Source: an uncultured Planctomycetota bacterium (GTDB lineage Bacteria > Planctomycetota > Planctomycetia > Gemmatales > Gemmataceae). Taken from it: a stretch of DNA of 64,000 bases. Shown here piece by piece: positions 62,785 through 64,000 of this stretch (position 1 is the first letter of the stretch; the number at the start of each line of letters is the position of its first letter). Both the position numbers and the translations under genes were made by a program. The notes under the pieces are model-generated. The model made no database searches and had not been told where the DNA came from. It saw only the letters and a list, made by a program, of their open reading frames with translations. The DNA lies in assembly GCA_963849325.1 (NCBI GenBank), contig CAWKHF010000012.1, forward strand, positions 896,001 through 960,000, given 5' to 3'.

Positions 62785-63798
62785 ATGTCCACCACTCTAC
62801 CACTGTTCGTCGGACTGGACTACTCCCAACACGCCGTCCAACTGTGCGTCTTGGACCCCACGGGTCAGGTCTTGTGTAACCGCGCCGTGCCTGACTCCGC
62901 CGACGCCATCGATCAGGCCGTCCGGCGATTCGGTGCCGTCCGCGGCGTCGCCCTGGAAGCCTGCACCGGAGCCGCCAACCTCGCCGAGGAACTCGCCGAC
63001 CGCTTCGCCTGGCCCGTCCACCTCGCCCACCCCGGCTTCGTCTCCCGCATGAAGCAGTCGCCCGACAAAACCGACTTCTCCGACGCCCGCGTCCTGGCCG
63101 ACCTCGAACGGGTCGGCTACCTGCCCCGCGTCTGGATCGCCCCCAAGCAGCTCCGCGAGTTGCGTACCCTGGTCCGCGACCGCCAGCAGTTGGCCGCCCA
63201 GCGACGCAACCTCAAACTTCAGATCGGTGCCCTGCTACGGGAACACCGCCTACGCTGTAGCCACAACCGCTGGACGCGGGCCTGGCACGCCTGGCTGGAG
63301 CATCAAGCTCAACTGCCCGAACAAGCACGCTGGGTCATGCAACAACGCCTGCGTCGGCTGGCCTGGATCGTCCAGGAGATCCGCACCGTCGAAGAACGTC
63401 TCGAACAAGTCACCGCTGTGGACGGCACCGTAACTTGGCTGCGGACGATCAAGGGCATTGGTCCGGTCACCGCCTGGACGTTGCGGGCCGAGATCGGTCG
63501 CTTCGACCGTTTCCGCACCGGCAAGCAGTTGGCGCGGTACTGCGGCCTGACGCCGTGCAACCGCTCCTCGGGCGTGCGTGAGGCCGACGCCGGTTTGATC
63601 CGGGCGGCCAATCCCGAACTGCGTCGCGTGCTCATCGAGGCGGCCTGGCTGTTGGCTCGTCTGCAGCCGCGTTGGCGGCAACTGGCCGAGCGTCTGAAGG
63701 CACGGGGCAAACCGAGTACGGTGGTGATAGCGGCCGTGGCCAACCGCTTCGTGCGTTGGTTGTACCACGAAGGAGTCCGCCAACAGGCGGCGGCCTGA
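62785..63798 (+). mobile_element. IS110-family transposase/recombinase (intact); the element extends into both flanks and probably past the window end
   Basis: DEDD residues in VGLD, LEACTG and KTDFSDA; IKGIGP, EIG.FDRF, YCGLTP...SSG, AVAN. Confidence 0.93.
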
Positions 63799-64000
63799 CG
63801 GATAGTGACAAGGCGTTGTCATTGTCGGGGAAGTTCCTGAGCGGTTGCGGGTGTGCTCGGCCGGCTGCTGGGGTTTAATCCTCGCGCTCAGATGGGGCAG
63901 CCCGCAACCTTTCTTCGCATCCCATTTGGGCAGGGTCTTGAACCCACGCTCGGATAAGAAGCATGGGAGCCCCAACAGCGTCGGCGTCCTGCCGAAGATT
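63799..64000 (+). ncRNA. Candidate IS110 bridge/seek RNA region (partial)
   Basis: Non-coding 3' flank with stems such as TGACAA/TTGTCA and GGTTGCGGG/CCCGCAACC enclosing a large loop. The assignment is inferred from family knowledge. Confidence 0.45.

Overview
High-GC bacterial DNA, very likely from a Planctomycetota (Gemmataceae-like) genome. The evidence is lineage-typical families: DUF1549/DUF1553, planctomycete cytochrome c, DUF1501, DUF1559, TIGR03000, DUF4058 and zinc-ribbon membrane proteins. The window holds about 50 genes, including ilvC, an apgM-type phosphoglycerate mutase, mutS, tpx, argJ, an anti-sigma/STAS pair and one tRNA-Leu(UAG). It also carries a RES/Xre toxin-antitoxin pair, a decayed DUF433/DUF5615 pair, an ISKra4-like element and an IS110 element. 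Around 20 genes, housekeeping ones included, are broken by apparent small indels, which most likely reflects long-read consensus error, so they are reported as joined genes. The best candidate for an undescribed system is a co-oriented six-gene island at 29.3-35.5 kb. It pairs a stand-alone exported C39-type peptidase (hidden by two frameshifts) with an adjacent secreted protein that has a double-glycine leader and a 12-cysteine core, plus a PIG-V-like mannosyltransferase, a DUF1573 protein, a membrane-anchored periplasmic protein and a DUF1559 prepilin. Other highlights are an HNH endonuclease ORF that reads through the whole tRNA-Leu, an Sm/LSm-like protein, inverted heptamer arrays, long REP-like palindromes and structured non-coding flanks on the IS110. 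All family calls come from motif recognition by eye; no database searches were run.
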